DNA of 64,000 nt from Promethearchaeota archaeon (GTDB taxonomy: Archaea; Asgardarchaeota; Lokiarchaeia; Sigyniarchaeales; SOKP01): NCBI GenBank assembly GCA_019058445.1, contig JAHPZA010000006.1:608001-672000 (forward strand). The letters are read 5' to 3'. Of this stretch, positions 38,790 to 48,721 are shown in pieces. Every line of letters begins with the position of its first letter. Within the stretch, counting starts at the first letter, position 1. The position numbers and the translations under genes were made by a program. Under the pieces are notes generated by a model that saw nothing but the letters and a program-made list of their open reading frames with translations, did no database searches and was not told the origin of the DNA.

Positions 38790-38869
38790 ATGATCATTTC
38801 GTTATATAATTATAGTATAAATAAAAAAATAAAATAATTTACCCGCGAATTTTTTGATTTTATAGTAGG

Positions 38870-39082
38870 CTATTTGTATTTGTTTTTGAATTTTTCTTTT
38901 AAGTCTTTCAGCAAATCTTTCATACACTCGTTTTCTTTAGATCTTTGAATACGTGTAAAATCATTTAGCATTGAAAATCGCTCTGTTGGGGTTTTTTTTG
39001 CATTCTTTTGTTCATCTGCTTCATCTGATAAAAGTATGCAGGGAATACCATCTATCACTCTTATTTTCACCAAATTCCTCAC
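38870..39082 (-). CDS. 70-aa small protein immediately downstream of actin
   Basis: 30-bp gap from actin stop, GTG start, amphipathic helices. Confidence 0.5.
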   Translation of the reverse strand: MRNLVKIRVIDGIPCILLSDEADEQKNAKKTPTERFSMLNDFTRIQRSKENECMKDLLKDLKEKFKNKYK

Positions 39083-39112
39083 CCTAATTTGATATTTAAG
39101 ATAATTTGGATC

Positions 39113-40252
39113 TTAGAAGCATCGATGGATTACCTGAGGTCCCATTTCTTTATATTCGCGCCGAGTGATCCACATCCTATTAAAAGTCTTCAGAGATGCC
39201 AAGATCGACCCCCCGATCCACACAGAATACATTCTTTCGGGAGGGGATATGATCCTAACATCTACAGAATCCGGAATCTGTTCCTTAATTTCTTTAGCTA
39301 AACGCTCCTTGAATCCCGGATACATAGTAGAACCTCCCGAAAGAACGATATTCGAAAAAAGATCTCGCCTTAAATCTACATCACACTCGTAGATCGCCCC
39401 TACTATTAGATCATCTAATGGTTCCAGTTCTTTTCCTACAGCCGACGGATTGAAGAAACATTCGGGTGCGAGAAACCTCTCCACACCTACATTTATAGTT
39501 TCTCCATCAGGTAACATGAAACTTTTCTCCATTCCTGCCACTTTTTTGGAAAGCATTACCTCCTTTTCCGGATCTAAAGCGACATAACAGAGTTTTTCTT
39601 TTATGTCCCTGACGATCTCCATTTCGGCTGAACTCATAAGGGTCACTCCTTTTTGCCTCAATAGCCTCTGCAAATATCTTGTAACATCACGCCCTGCTAG
39701 ATCGACTCTCTCGATTGCATGACTTAACGCAAAGCCTTCAAAGATCGGTACAATATGGGAAACTCCATCACCGATATCTATGACCGTTCCCGTTACACGT
39801 CCTGAGGCATAAAGAGATAATACTGCCTGAGTTGCTACATATAATGCAGGAACGTTAAAGGTTTCAAACATGATTTCGCCCATTCTCTCCCTATTTGATC
39901 TCGGATTTAATGGAGCTTCGGTTAAAAGTACCGGATGCTCTGAAGGATCTATTCTTAAGTCTGTGTAAAATGTATAATGCCAGATTCTCTCCATAGAATT
40001 CCAGTCATCGACAATTCCATGCTCTATGGGAAAATTTAGTTTCATAACTCCCGAGAGTTCCGCAGCCTCCTCTCCGATATAATATTCTCTGGTAAAGTGT
40101 TTATACTCGGAAAGGATATTGTGATATTTTGGTGTGCCGATCATAGTAGGAAATACTGAACGAGGTTGATCCTCACCCGCATAACCGTTTTTTGAAATAC
40201 CTGTGCCGTTGTCTAAGACGATTGGTTTTGAAAGTTGCTCATGATCTGCCAT
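39113..40252 (-). CDS. Actin (Lokiactin-like)
   Basis: DNGTG..KNGYAGED.PRSVFP, PIEHG, LLTEAPLNP, YASGR, DIGDGV, VLSGGSTMYPG, ERMYSVWIGGSILASL, IHRCF; ATG at 40252 follows GGAGG. Confidence 0.97.
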   Translation of the reverse strand: MADHEQLSKPIVLDNGTGISKNGYAGEDQPRSVFPTMIGTPKYHNILSEYKHFTREYYIGEEAAELSGVMKLNFPIEHGIVDDWNSMERIWHYTFYTDLRIDPSEHPVLLTEAPLNPRSNRERMGEIMFETFNVPALYVATQAVLSLYASGRVTGTVIDIGDGVSHIVPIFEGFALSHAIERVDLAGRDVTRYLQRLLRQKGVTLMSSAEMEIVRDIKEKLCYVALDPEKEVMLSKKVAGMEKSFMLPDGETINVGVERFLAPECFFNPSAVGKELEPLDDLIVGAIYECDVDLRRDLFSNIVLSGGSTMYPGFKERLAKEIKEQIPDSVDVRIISPPERMYSVWIGGSILASLKTFNRMWITRREYKEMGPQVIHRCF

Positions 40253-40808
40253 AATTTTTTCCTCCACTTTAATATCTTATTTTTTTTAGATTTTTATTGA
40301 GGAATCAAGCATGAATTTGATGATAAAAGTATTGTTTAGATTGACTTTGCCTAAAATCATCTACCGCAATATATTATCCAAATTCAGTATTGATTCCTTT
40401 GTTATTTTTTCCAAATTTTTATTACTTGATAATATAATAAAAATTCTACCTATATAAATCTTTGTCACCCTTCCGTGACAATCATGACACATGATCATAA
40501 CATGTGATTTAACAATCGAGGAAAAGACATTTATTGATTCAAAAATTGCAGAATCAATAGGATAAATATATTTTAAACAGTATAGACAAAATTCTTTGAG
40601 GGAAAAATTAAAATTACATATAATTTTTAAAAAAAATTGAACTAGGTAAGAAGATAGCAAAAATTACTTAATCTTTAACGTCAAATTATTTAAATAGTAG
40701 TGAAAACATTAATTTTTAGGATTAGTTCTATATTTAATGATCTACCTATCAGCATCATTATCATTACTTGATATTTCTTATTAAAATAATGAGGTTAATT
40801 TAATAACT

Positions 40809-41207
40809 ATGGCTAAACAAAAATATCTAATTCTAATTAGTGGCTCGATGAGATTTAAAGAAGAAATGACTTTATTATCAACCAAATTAAGAGAATTTGG
40901 AAACAATAAAATTATTGAACCAAGCGATGATATATATTATCAAGGCATCGGTCTTATCGAAAAAGCAAAGAATCATAAAATTTTTGAAAAACTCATTGAA
41001 AATGCTGATTTACTCTTAGTGTATAATAAAGAAGGGTATATTGGTCTTTCTTCAGCAATGGAAATACAAAAAGCTTTAGATTGTAAAGTTCCTGTGAGGC
41101 TTTTGTTTGAACCTGAAGCAATAGAGTTCAAGGCATTTTGTTTGCATCCAGAGTATGATTTTAAAGTAGATGAGAGAAATTTCTTCTTTTCAGAAAAACT
41201 ATACTAA
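40809..41207 (+). CDS. Nucleoside 2-deoxyribosyltransferase-like small protein
   Basis: ISGSMRF..IENADLLLVYNKEGYIGLSSAMEI. Confidence 0.6.
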   Translation: MAKQKYLILISGSMRFKEEMTLLSTKLREFGNNKIIEPSDDIYYQGIGLIEKAKNHKIFEKLIENADLLLVYNKEGYIGLSSAMEIQKALDCKVPVRLLFEPEAIEFKAFCLHPEYDFKVDERNFFFSEKLY

Positions 41208-41293
41208 TGTAATTTTATAAATCTTACGCTCTTTAAACATTACGTTGGAGCATTTAGAGCACTTAATCTCATAGATGCTTATATTGAGGACAT

Positions 41294-41328
41294 ATTTTAT
41301 ATATTTATAAAAGATCTAAGTCGAGGGA
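41294..41328. repeat. 35-bp exact direct repeat; second copy 44610..44644 (3' end of amidohydrolase gene)
   Basis: attttatatatttataaaagatctaagtcgaggga at both sites. Confidence 0.9.
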
Positions 41329-41543
41329 TGTCTCCTTTTAAATGACTGTTATATCTAGTTTTGGGAATTGTTTCTTGAGCTCTTGAATTTTATCAAATAA
41401 AGGAGAGTTTTTTGGAATAAAAGAGATGAAGTACTATTTCACAAAGAATCTTAAAAATCCTTTTTTTTTAATTTTTCTTTTTAATTTAGAAGATGTTTTT
41501 ATACTATTAAGGAGCTTTATAAGGTAAATAATCTATTTGATTT

Positions 41544-42086
41544 GTGATGCACGGATTCGTATCACTTTTAGATGAAAAATATTCGGGAAGAATTGAGAAA
41601 TTATGGGATTTAATTGAAACTAAAACGGGTCTTTCGGGGATCAAAATAGTTCCCTATCCACATTTCGCTTGGCATGTTGCTGGGAATTATGATTTCAACA
41701 AATTAGAAAAGATAATGAAAGATTTAAGTGAGAGTATACCATCTTTCGAGATTAGAACGGCGGGCTTAGGGATTTTTGCTGGTAGATCACCAGTATTATA
41801 TTTAAAAATAGTCAATACCATTGAGTTACTCAAGATTCATTCAAAAATTTATCAAAATGCACAGACTATTGCGGAGTATTCAAATACTTTATATGCACCT
41901 AATAACTGGGTTCCTCACATCTCACTCGCATTGGGTGATCTCACAAAGGAAAATATTGGAGCGGTGATTAAATTAGTAGCTTTTAAGAGTTTTTACTGGA
42001 AAATTCGAATAAATAATTTATCATTTATTTATGGGCCAGCTGGAGAAATTGGAAAACTTAAATTCAAATTTTTATTGAAAGAATAA
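41544..42086 (+). CDS. 2H phosphoesterase (2'-5' RNA ligase-like)
   Basis: PHFAW and PHISL motifs. Confidence 0.85.
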   Translation: MMHGFVSLLDEKYSGRIEKLWDLIETKTGLSGIKIVPYPHFAWHVAGNYDFNKLEKIMKDLSESIPSFEIRTAGLGIFAGRSPVLYLKIVNTIELLKIHSKIYQNAQTIAEYSNTLYAPNNWVPHISLALGDLTKENIGAVIKLVAFKSFYWKIRINNLSFIYGPAGEIGKLKFKFLLKE

Positions 42087-42123
42087 TTGCATTGGAATCC
42101 TATTACTAAGAAGGTGGAAGAAT

Positions 42124-42828
42124 ATGGAATTGTTAAGAGATATTTTAGATAATAATGAGAAAATATTCTGGATAAAAGAATTGAGTCGAAGAACTATATT
42201 ACCTTTTTATTATGATAAGAAAGGAAAAAAAAGAAAGGCAAACAAAAGAATTCAGAAGTATTATGAAGCAATGAAAGTACCTCGCTCTGATAAAATTTTA
42301 GAAGACTACCCTATTATTCTTACTCTTACCAATAAACACATCATTAGACATGAAGTTAATAGATATGATTATCCTTTATGGTATGGGAAATACGATATTT
42401 CCCATATTTACGAATACCGTAAAGAATTTTGCTTCTATAATTTGAGTGAATTAACAAATATATGTAAAAATATTAATCCTAAAAAAAAGAGATATGAGCT
42501 TGGGCTTTATTTTGATTTAAATGAAAGAATTTATGGTGATGATGCCCCAAATGTTTGGTTAGATAACTTATCGAAAAAAGATTACATAGAAATTCTAAAG
42601 TTTTTATTAAGAATTGTTCCCCATGTAAAAATCGATTATCTTTTCAAAAAACAAAAGAAATATGAAAACGATCTCTATAACGAAACAACTAAAGATGTCT
42701 TACCATCATATTTAGTAAAAGAAGAAATAAAAAGGACTCAAACATGTAAATTCTGTAATAAGAAAGTGGATGCGGATACAATCTTCTGTCCCAACTGTGG
42801 AAATAAAATTGAATTTAATCATAAATAA
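42124..42828 (+). CDS. Hypothetical protein with C-terminal zinc ribbon
   Basis: CKFC..FCPNCG. Confidence 0.75.
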   Translation: MELLRDILDNNEKIFWIKELSRRTILPFYYDKKGKKRKANKRIQKYYEAMKVPRSDKILEDYPIILTLTNKHIIRHEVNRYDYPLWYGKYDISHIYEYRKEFCFYNLSELTNICKNINPKKKRYELGLYFDLNERIYGDDAPNVWLDNLSKKDYIEILKFLLRIVPHVKIDYLFKKQKKYENDLYNETTKDVLPSYLVKEEIKRTQTCKFCNKKVDADTIFCPNCGNKIEFNHK

Positions 42829-42877
42829 AAAGTAAATAGATACAAACAAATTAATACAAAAAAAGCAAATAATACAT

Positions 42878-42976
42878 ATGGAAGAAGTAGCTCAAGAAAT
42901 GGGAACATGTGAAAAGTGCGGGGCAGACATCAATCTTGCTGAAGCGTGGAGAGTTGATGAGTAATTTTACTGCTAA
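42878..42976 (+). pseudogene. Stop-interrupted copy of the 41-aa zinc-finger gene at 47097
   Basis: MEEVAQEMGTCEKCGADINLAEAWRVDE*FYC*. Confidence 0.75.
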
Positions 42977-43274
42977 AAAGCATAATAGATTTTTTTATAA
43001 CAAGTCAAAAAAGTATGTTTGGAGAAGAAAGCCTTTTAAAATCAAGAATGGAAAAAAAAAAGAAAAAATTATTTCAAAAACTTCCAATGACCTATTGGTT
43101 AGCGATTCTCATTTGTGTACTACTTTTTTTAATCTTCGGGGGTTTTCTATGTATATTAGAGATATGTCCGTAAGAGAAAGATTGAGGAAAAAGCAAAAGA
43201 TGGTCTGAGTTATTGTTTTACCACCTGTATTTACTTTATTTATTATGGGAATGGATAGTCATAGTGAAATATGA

Positions 43275-43508
43275 ATGACTGAAAAGAAAGAATCGTTTAC
43301 TACAAAGGAAAAAATCTCAGTCGGTATATATGGTTTAGTAGTAATGATAGCTGTAATAGGACTTCTTTTAAGGGGAAATACAAATTATGATGAACCTTCC
43401 ATTAAGATCTTACTCGCATTAATATTTATTCTTACTCCTATATGTATTTATATTATTCTTGATGGTCTTATAAGTCTTAGGAAAGAAAAACAACGAGATT
43501 CAGAATAG
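43275..43508 (+). CDS. Small 2-TM membrane protein
   Basis: Two hydrophobic segments. Confidence 0.6.
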   Translation: MTEKKESFTTKEKISVGIYGLVVMIAVIGLLLRGNTNYDEPSIKILLALIFILTPICIYIILDGLISLRKEKQRDSE

Positions 43509-43523
43509 AGAAAAATTAGAAAA

Positions 43524-43613
43524 GAACTGTACCTTAACGAGAATAAAATAGAAACTATACCAGATTCAATTAAGAAGCTTGTCTCTTTAAAAAAATTACA
43601 TCTAATTATTTGA
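43524..43613 (+). pseudogene. Orphan leucine-rich-repeat fragment
   Basis: ELYLNENKIETIPDSIKKLVSLKKLHL fits the LxLxxNxI..IP.SI..L..L..L.L consensus; no start. Confidence 0.65.
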
Positions 43614-43707
43614 ATTGTTAAGTTCTTCTGGAATATAAAAAAGGAAAAATATAGAAAATCCATACATTTTAAAATCCAAATGAGTATGATCATATTAGAA
43701 ATTCTAA

Positions 43708-44433
43708 ATGTTTTCAGAAAAAGAACATAAAAGGTATATTATAGCTAATAATTTTCGGAATGAAAAAAAGAAAGAAATTCTAATAAATTGCCCTCAAAAA
43801 TGCGTTATCTGTTGTACAACAAATATCGAAGGAGATTTGAAAGTAGTTTCAGATATGGGGTACAAATCAAGATATATAAAAGTACCTCTCTGTAGCACAC
43901 ACTATAAAATACACAGAAAAACTACAGATTCGAAGATGCTATCTTATCCGTGCCTAATAATGTTTGGAATTATGTGTTTGGCTATATTTATTTACTTATT
44001 AATTCCCAATTATGTTTTATTTGCTATAATATCATTTTCAAGTCTTTTTTACTTTGCTTATACAGTATTTAGCAAAAATAAACTTAAATCAAGCATTATA
44101 GGATATATTTACTTTCGGTATTCCAAAAATGGATCTGTTATTGCCATAAGGGATTTGAATTGGGCAAAAGATTTCGAAAGAATGAATGAAATCCGTGAAT
44201 TATCTTTTGATTCTAAATCCTATGAACAATATAGAAAAAAGAGCCTCTATAGTTTTATTATTATGATACTTTCTGGTATTTTTCCCCTTCCTATCTTGGT
44301 CGTAGCATTTATCTATGGAATAGATGAGCTATATTCTACAACTCAACTGATTGGAATTGTTTTTATACTCGTGTTTGGCATTCGGGGGATTTATTTCTAT
44401 ATTAAGGCAGATTTATTGAAGGGAACTAAATAA
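43708..44433 (+). CDS. Membrane protein with N-terminal zinc-binding motif
   Basis: CVIC..LCSTH; four TM segments. Confidence 0.7.
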   Translation: MFSEKEHKRYIIANNFRNEKKKEILINCPQKCVICCTTNIEGDLKVVSDMGYKSRYIKVPLCSTHYKIHRKTTDSKMLSYPCLIMFGIMCLAIFIYLLIPNYVLFAIISFSSLFYFAYTVFSKNKLKSSIIGYIYFRYSKNGSVIAIRDLNWAKDFERMNEIRELSFDSKSYEQYRKKSLYSFIIMILSGIFPLPILVVAFIYGIDELYSTTQLIGIVFILVFGIRGIYFYIKADLLKGTK

Positions 44434-44573
44434 AGCTATAATTAGATTAAAAAAGAAATAAAGGGAGATAAATGGATATCTGAAAACATTATAAAATGAT
44501 CCTATGGCTTACTGGTCTATTCACCCTCTCGAGCACTTAATGATCTTTTCGTCGAGAAATCTGAGATCTTCGC

Positions 44574-44601
44574 TCGCAAATTGAACAGATAGAATTTGCG
44601 A
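44574..44601. terminator. Hairpin between convergent genes
   Basis: TCGCAAATT-N10-AATTTGCGA. Confidence 0.35.
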
Positions 44602-44612
44602 ACAGAAAAATT

Positions 44613-45551
44613 TTATATATTTATAAAAGATCTAAGTCGAGGGAACAGTGTCAATGCATTTTTTTGTTCAATCATAAAACGTGTATTTAAGTCAAAATCT
44701 TGGTTTTTTACAATCTCTTGGATCATTTCTTTTACTACGATTTCATGAACAAAAGGAAAATCGCTTCCAAAAAGGATATGAGAAATATCAACTAATTCCA
44801 TAAGGGAGCGAAACACATTTTTAGTTGCCGATAATGCGGTACTATAATAGAGATTTTTAAAGTATTTATTCAATCTCTTATTACCAAAGGTAATCCTCCA
44901 AGCGATATAGGGAGCAGTTCCTCCGGCATGAGCAAAGATGAATTTTATATTTTTGTATTTTTGAAAAACATTATTGTATAGCAGATTTGCGAGTGCTCGT
45001 GTCGTATCAAACACAAATTCTAAAACAGCCGATGGAAAACTGAGGCTGGGGAGCTTTTCCTGGGGCGGAGAATTAGGATGAATGAATACCACAGTATTTC
45101 GTCGATCCAATGCTGAGAAGAGATCTTCAAATTCAGGATCCCCAATATATTTACCATTAATGTTAGTAAGCATTCCCACACCATCTAATTTTAATGTACC
45201 TAATGCATACTCTAATTCATGCAGAGAAGCTTCAATATCAGGAAGGGGTAAGATAGCTAAACTTCCAAAACGATTTGGATATTTCTTTATTAAGTTAGCG
45301 GAATACCTATTGCAAAGACGTGCTAAATTTTTAGTAAATTCAATATCTCCAAAGAAAATCCCAGGAGAAGAGATAGAGGTTATTGCGATTGCAATATTTT
45401 GGCGATCCATGAGTGCTAAACTTTGTTCTGGATTCCAGGGAGGGAAATTGGTATTATCAACGGTAACAATATCAATTTTCGCTAACGATGAGAGATACTC
45501 CGGAGGAAGAATATGATGATGAATATCAATTCGATACGGTGCTATATCCAT
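44613..45551 (-). CDS. Amidohydrolase-2 family (ACMSD / aromatic acid decarboxylase-like)
   Basis: IDIHHH, FIHP, FDTTRA, AHAGG, LFGSDFPF. Confidence 0.9.
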   Translation of the reverse strand: MDIAPYRIDIHHHILPPEYLSSLAKIDIVTVDNTNFPPWNPEQSLALMDRQNIAIAITSISSPGIFFGDIEFTKNLARLCNRYSANLIKKYPNRFGSLAILPLPDIEASLHELEYALGTLKLDGVGMLTNINGKYIGDPEFEDLFSALDRRNTVVFIHPNSPPQEKLPSLSFPSAVLEFVFDTTRALANLLYNNVFQKYKNIKFIFAHAGGTAPYIAWRITFGNKRLNKYFKNLYYSTALSATKNVFRSLMELVDISHILFGSDFPFVHEIVVKEMIQEIVKNQDFDLNTRFMIEQKNALTLFPRLRSFINI

Positions 45552-45709
45552 TATAAAGACATTTTGAACTTTTCAATTGTTAAGCTTTTTAATACTATTA
45601 TATGATAATTGTTTTTAATCTTATAAAAAGTGATATTTAAGGTTTCATTGAAAGAATGAGACTTCTCCACTCTAATACTCGAAAAATGTTTGAAATAGCC
45701 TTAGACGTA

Positions 45710-45803
45710 TAAATTCTGTGATAACAAAGTGGATGCGGATGCAATCTTCTGTCCCAACTGTGGAAATAAAATTGAATTTAATCTTAAAAAAAAATAAATA
45801 GAT
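45710..45803 (+). pseudogene. Duplicated zinc-ribbon tail of 42124..42828
   Basis: aaagtggatgcggat.caatcttctgtcccaactgtggaaataaaattgaatttaatc shared with about 42750-42840. Confidence 0.8.
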
Positions 45804-45866
45804 GAAAATAAATTTTATAACAAATTTACAGAATTACTATCAATTAAGTATAAAAGGTCATTAGAT

Positions 45867-46967
45867 ATGCGTAAAGTTGCTGTTATAGGTGTTGGTTTGC
45901 ATCGCTATGGTAAATGGGATAATAAAACCTCGTATAGATTGGCTAAAGAAGCTATAAATGGAGCTTTGAAAACATCTGGCCTTGAATGGGATCAAATACA
46001 GAGTGGGTGGTGTGGGCACATTGGTCAAGGAATGACTGCTGGAGCAAGAATCTTTTCTCGATATGGCAAAACGGGATTATCTATAACTAATGTAGAGAAT
46101 GCCTCAGCTTCAGGTTCATATGCATTTCGAGGAGCATATTTAGAGGTTGCATCAGGAGAATTTGATATTGCGCTTGCACTTGGTATTGATAAAAGATTTA
46201 AGGGATTAAACGTGTCTAAAGAGAAAAAACCAAGCCAACCAACACTAGTTATTAAAAAATTCGCTTCGGATGCGCGAGCCCATATGAAAAAATACGGTAC
46301 CACAGAGGAACAATTAGCTATAGTATCTGTGAAAAACCATTATAATGCCTCTATGAACCCGTATGCACAATATCAAGAGGAAATAACTCTCGATGATGTG
46401 CTTAATGCACCCATATTGGATTATCCCCTAACAGCACTTCACTGCTGTCCAATTGGTGATGGTGCAGCAGCTTGTATTTTGGCAAGCGAAGATATAGTTA
46501 AGCAAATGGGAATTACCAAACCTGTATGGGTTATCACTTCTGTATCTAAGAGCGAGTTTCATCCCAAAATAGATTCTCGTGACCTTACTATGATTACTTC
46601 ACAGGAAGCTTATAAACGTGCGGGTATAGGTCCGGACGATTTGGGATTAGTAGAACTGCATGATGCGTTCGCAATTGAGGAAATCTCTATATCCGAACAA
46701 CTTGATCTTTGTCCGATAGGAAAAGGTGGCAAATTGGTGGAAGAAGGGTCCACCCAAATCAATGGGCGCATTCCAATTAATACAAGCGGCGGGTTACTAG
46801 CAATGGGTCATCCAATAGGACCTACGGGAATAGGACAGGTTGCTGAAGTTTTTTGGCAGATGCGTGGAGAAGCAGGAAAGCGACAAATACCTGATCCACC
46901 TAATCATGCCTTAACACAAATGATAGGTCTTGGGGGCACATGTATAATTCACATCTTCTCCCGTTAA
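45867..46967 (+). CDS. SCP2-type thiolase-family protein lacking the N-terminal catalytic Cys
   Basis: VENASASG (usually NACASG), DGAAA, ELHDAF, INTSGGLLAMGHPIGPTG. Confidence 0.88.
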   Translation: MRKVAVIGVGLHRYGKWDNKTSYRLAKEAINGALKTSGLEWDQIQSGWCGHIGQGMTAGARIFSRYGKTGLSITNVENASASGSYAFRGAYLEVASGEFDIALALGIDKRFKGLNVSKEKKPSQPTLVIKKFASDARAHMKKYGTTEEQLAIVSVKNHYNASMNPYAQYQEEITLDDVLNAPILDYPLTALHCCPIGDGAAACILASEDIVKQMGITKPVWVITSVSKSEFHPKIDSRDLTMITSQEAYKRAGIGPDDLGLVELHDAFAIEEISISEQLDLCPIGKGGKLVEEGSTQINGRIPINTSGGLLAMGHPIGPTGIGQVAEVFWQMRGEAGKRQIPDPPNHALTQMIGLGGTCIIHIFSR

Positions 46968-47096
46968 ATCCAACCTAATTTACATATAAAAGATTTGAAT
47001 ATACTTTTTGGTTTGAGAAAATTGAGTTATAAACTAATCTTTAGACAATATTAAAAGAATGCAAATAAATTAATATAAAAAAAGTAAATAAAACAT

Positions 47097-47222
47097 ATGA
47101 ACGAAGTAATTCAAGAAAGGGGAACATGTGAAGAATGCGGAGCCGAAATCGATCTTGCTGAAGCATGGAGAGTAGATGAGAAATTTTACTGCGAAAAATG
47201 TTTTAGCAAATTAGAGGTCTAA
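47097..47222 (+). CDS. 41-aa zinc-finger protein (LIM half-domain-like; not in ORF track)
   Basis: MNEVIQERGTCEECGAEIDLAEAWRVDEKFYCEKCFSKLEV; paralogous pseudogene at 42878. Confidence 0.7.
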   Translation: MNEVIQERGTCEECGAEIDLAEAWRVDEKFYCEKCFSKLEV

Positions 47223-47613
47223 TCTTCTTTTTTTTATTTTTTTTAGATAATAGATTAATAAGAACATATTCCTAATATAAATTTTTTAGCTAGATTTCCT
47301 CATCGAGAAACCTTTAAAATATTTTTAGTGAAGATGAATCTTCAACATTTTAATGAAGAAAATAAGGAGTAAAACTAATCCAATTAATATCAAGAACATC
47401 AATAGATCCCTAAAAAGTAATAAAAGCATAAATGCTATCAAGCTTATGACTCCTAAATAAAACGTGACTACTATTCTGATAGGGAAATAATCCCCCTCAC
47501 AATATTACTCAAACCATTTAAGTATGATTAAAAAAGGTGGTATGGAAATACCGTATATCAACAAACACACTACGAATAAATAAGAGAGCAATTCAGTTGT
47601 CTTATAAAAGTGA

Positions 47614-48051
47614 CTATAATTTTTTTCTTAAATTTTTAGTTATTTTACTTTCATAATAAAGATAGGTTCCAATTGCATGTCCAATTAGATTTTCTTCTTC
47701 ATCCCAGCACCGCATTTCTGCTACAGCCTGCCTTTTTCCCATTCGAATGATTTTTGCGCGTGCCCAAATTATGGTTTTTTCAGCAGGACGGAGAAGATGG
47801 AAACTCATTTCTGTAGTGACTACAAAACCATTATGGGCTAGAGCGCATGTAAACCAGCCTGCATTATCTAGTACAGTGGCAATTACACCTCCATGAATCC
47901 CATCTCCGGCATGATCTAAATGAGGATTATACGGTAGGGTGATAATACCTTGATTTTTTTCGTTATATGTTAATCTCATTCCAAAATTTTTGGCAATCCT
48001 CGCCTTTTCGTTGAATAACTTCAAAAAAAATCGTTTATAATTAGTAGGCAT
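47614..48051 (-). CDS. PaaI-family thioesterase
   Basis: IHGGVIATVLDNA, TTEMSFHLLRP. Confidence 0.9.
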   Translation of the reverse strand: MPTNYKRFFLKLFNEKARIAKNFGMRLTYNEKNQGIITLPYNPHLDHAGDGIHGGVIATVLDNAGWFTCALAHNGFVVTTEMSFHLLRPAEKTIIWARAKIIRMGKRQAVAEMRCWDEEENLIGHAIGTYLYYESKITKNLRKKL

Positions 48052-48300
48052 AATTGAACTTCATTACTCTTTTTTACTGAATTAAATGAGATCCTATATT
48101 ACTAATTAGTTTTCTATTGAATCAACAATTGATTCTTTTTAAGGATAACTGAACAAGAGAAATCTTATTTTAATTATAAGTAGAAATTAAAGAAATCTCA
48201 CATTTTACTTAAAATTACTCTCGATAAGGATAGAACGTTCGAATCCTATTTTCGGAGATTAAAAATAACATGAGCTTTGAGATAATGCAAAGATTTCTCA

Positions 48301-48520
48301 TTTTAAATGGAAATTTCATTATAAAATAATTTTGAACCATGTTAAGGATAAAATTAGGGAGAAGTATAGTTTAAATAGTCTGCTTAGAATAACCTAGTAA
48401 TTGAAATAAAAATTTCTGCATTATTCTGGATTTTTGTCTTTTGGTTAGTGTGAAACACTTCATACTTTTTCTTTTCAAAATTAAATTGAAATAATGTAGA
48501 GATTTTTATTTCTTCTCTTT
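48301..48520. repeat. About 220-bp imperfect repeat, copy 1 (copy 2 at about 48902..49120)
   Basis: Shared tagtttaaatagtctgct, cctagtaattgaaat, ggatttttgtcttttgg. Confidence 0.8.
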
Positions 48521-48721
48521 CTTATTTAAATCGGAAAAAAGAGGTATAAGGAACTTTTATTGGTGCTTATTTTTTTAAATTTTTTGAAAAAAAGATTTCT
48601 TTTCTTTAATAAAGGGATCTAAAAAATATGATTAAGTTATTCAGGTATAAGGTTTTAGAACAGATTTATTTAAAAAAGTTTTTACATAAATGTAATTATA
48701 AAAAATCTAAATGAATATACC

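Noticed and set aside
40361-40660. ORF with CHDCH, HNH-like
   Set aside because: No RBS or other HNH residues; may be a remnant but cannot be supported
42909-43208. 99-aa ORF
   Set aside because: Out-of-frame overlap with the zinc-finger pseudogene; compositionally biased
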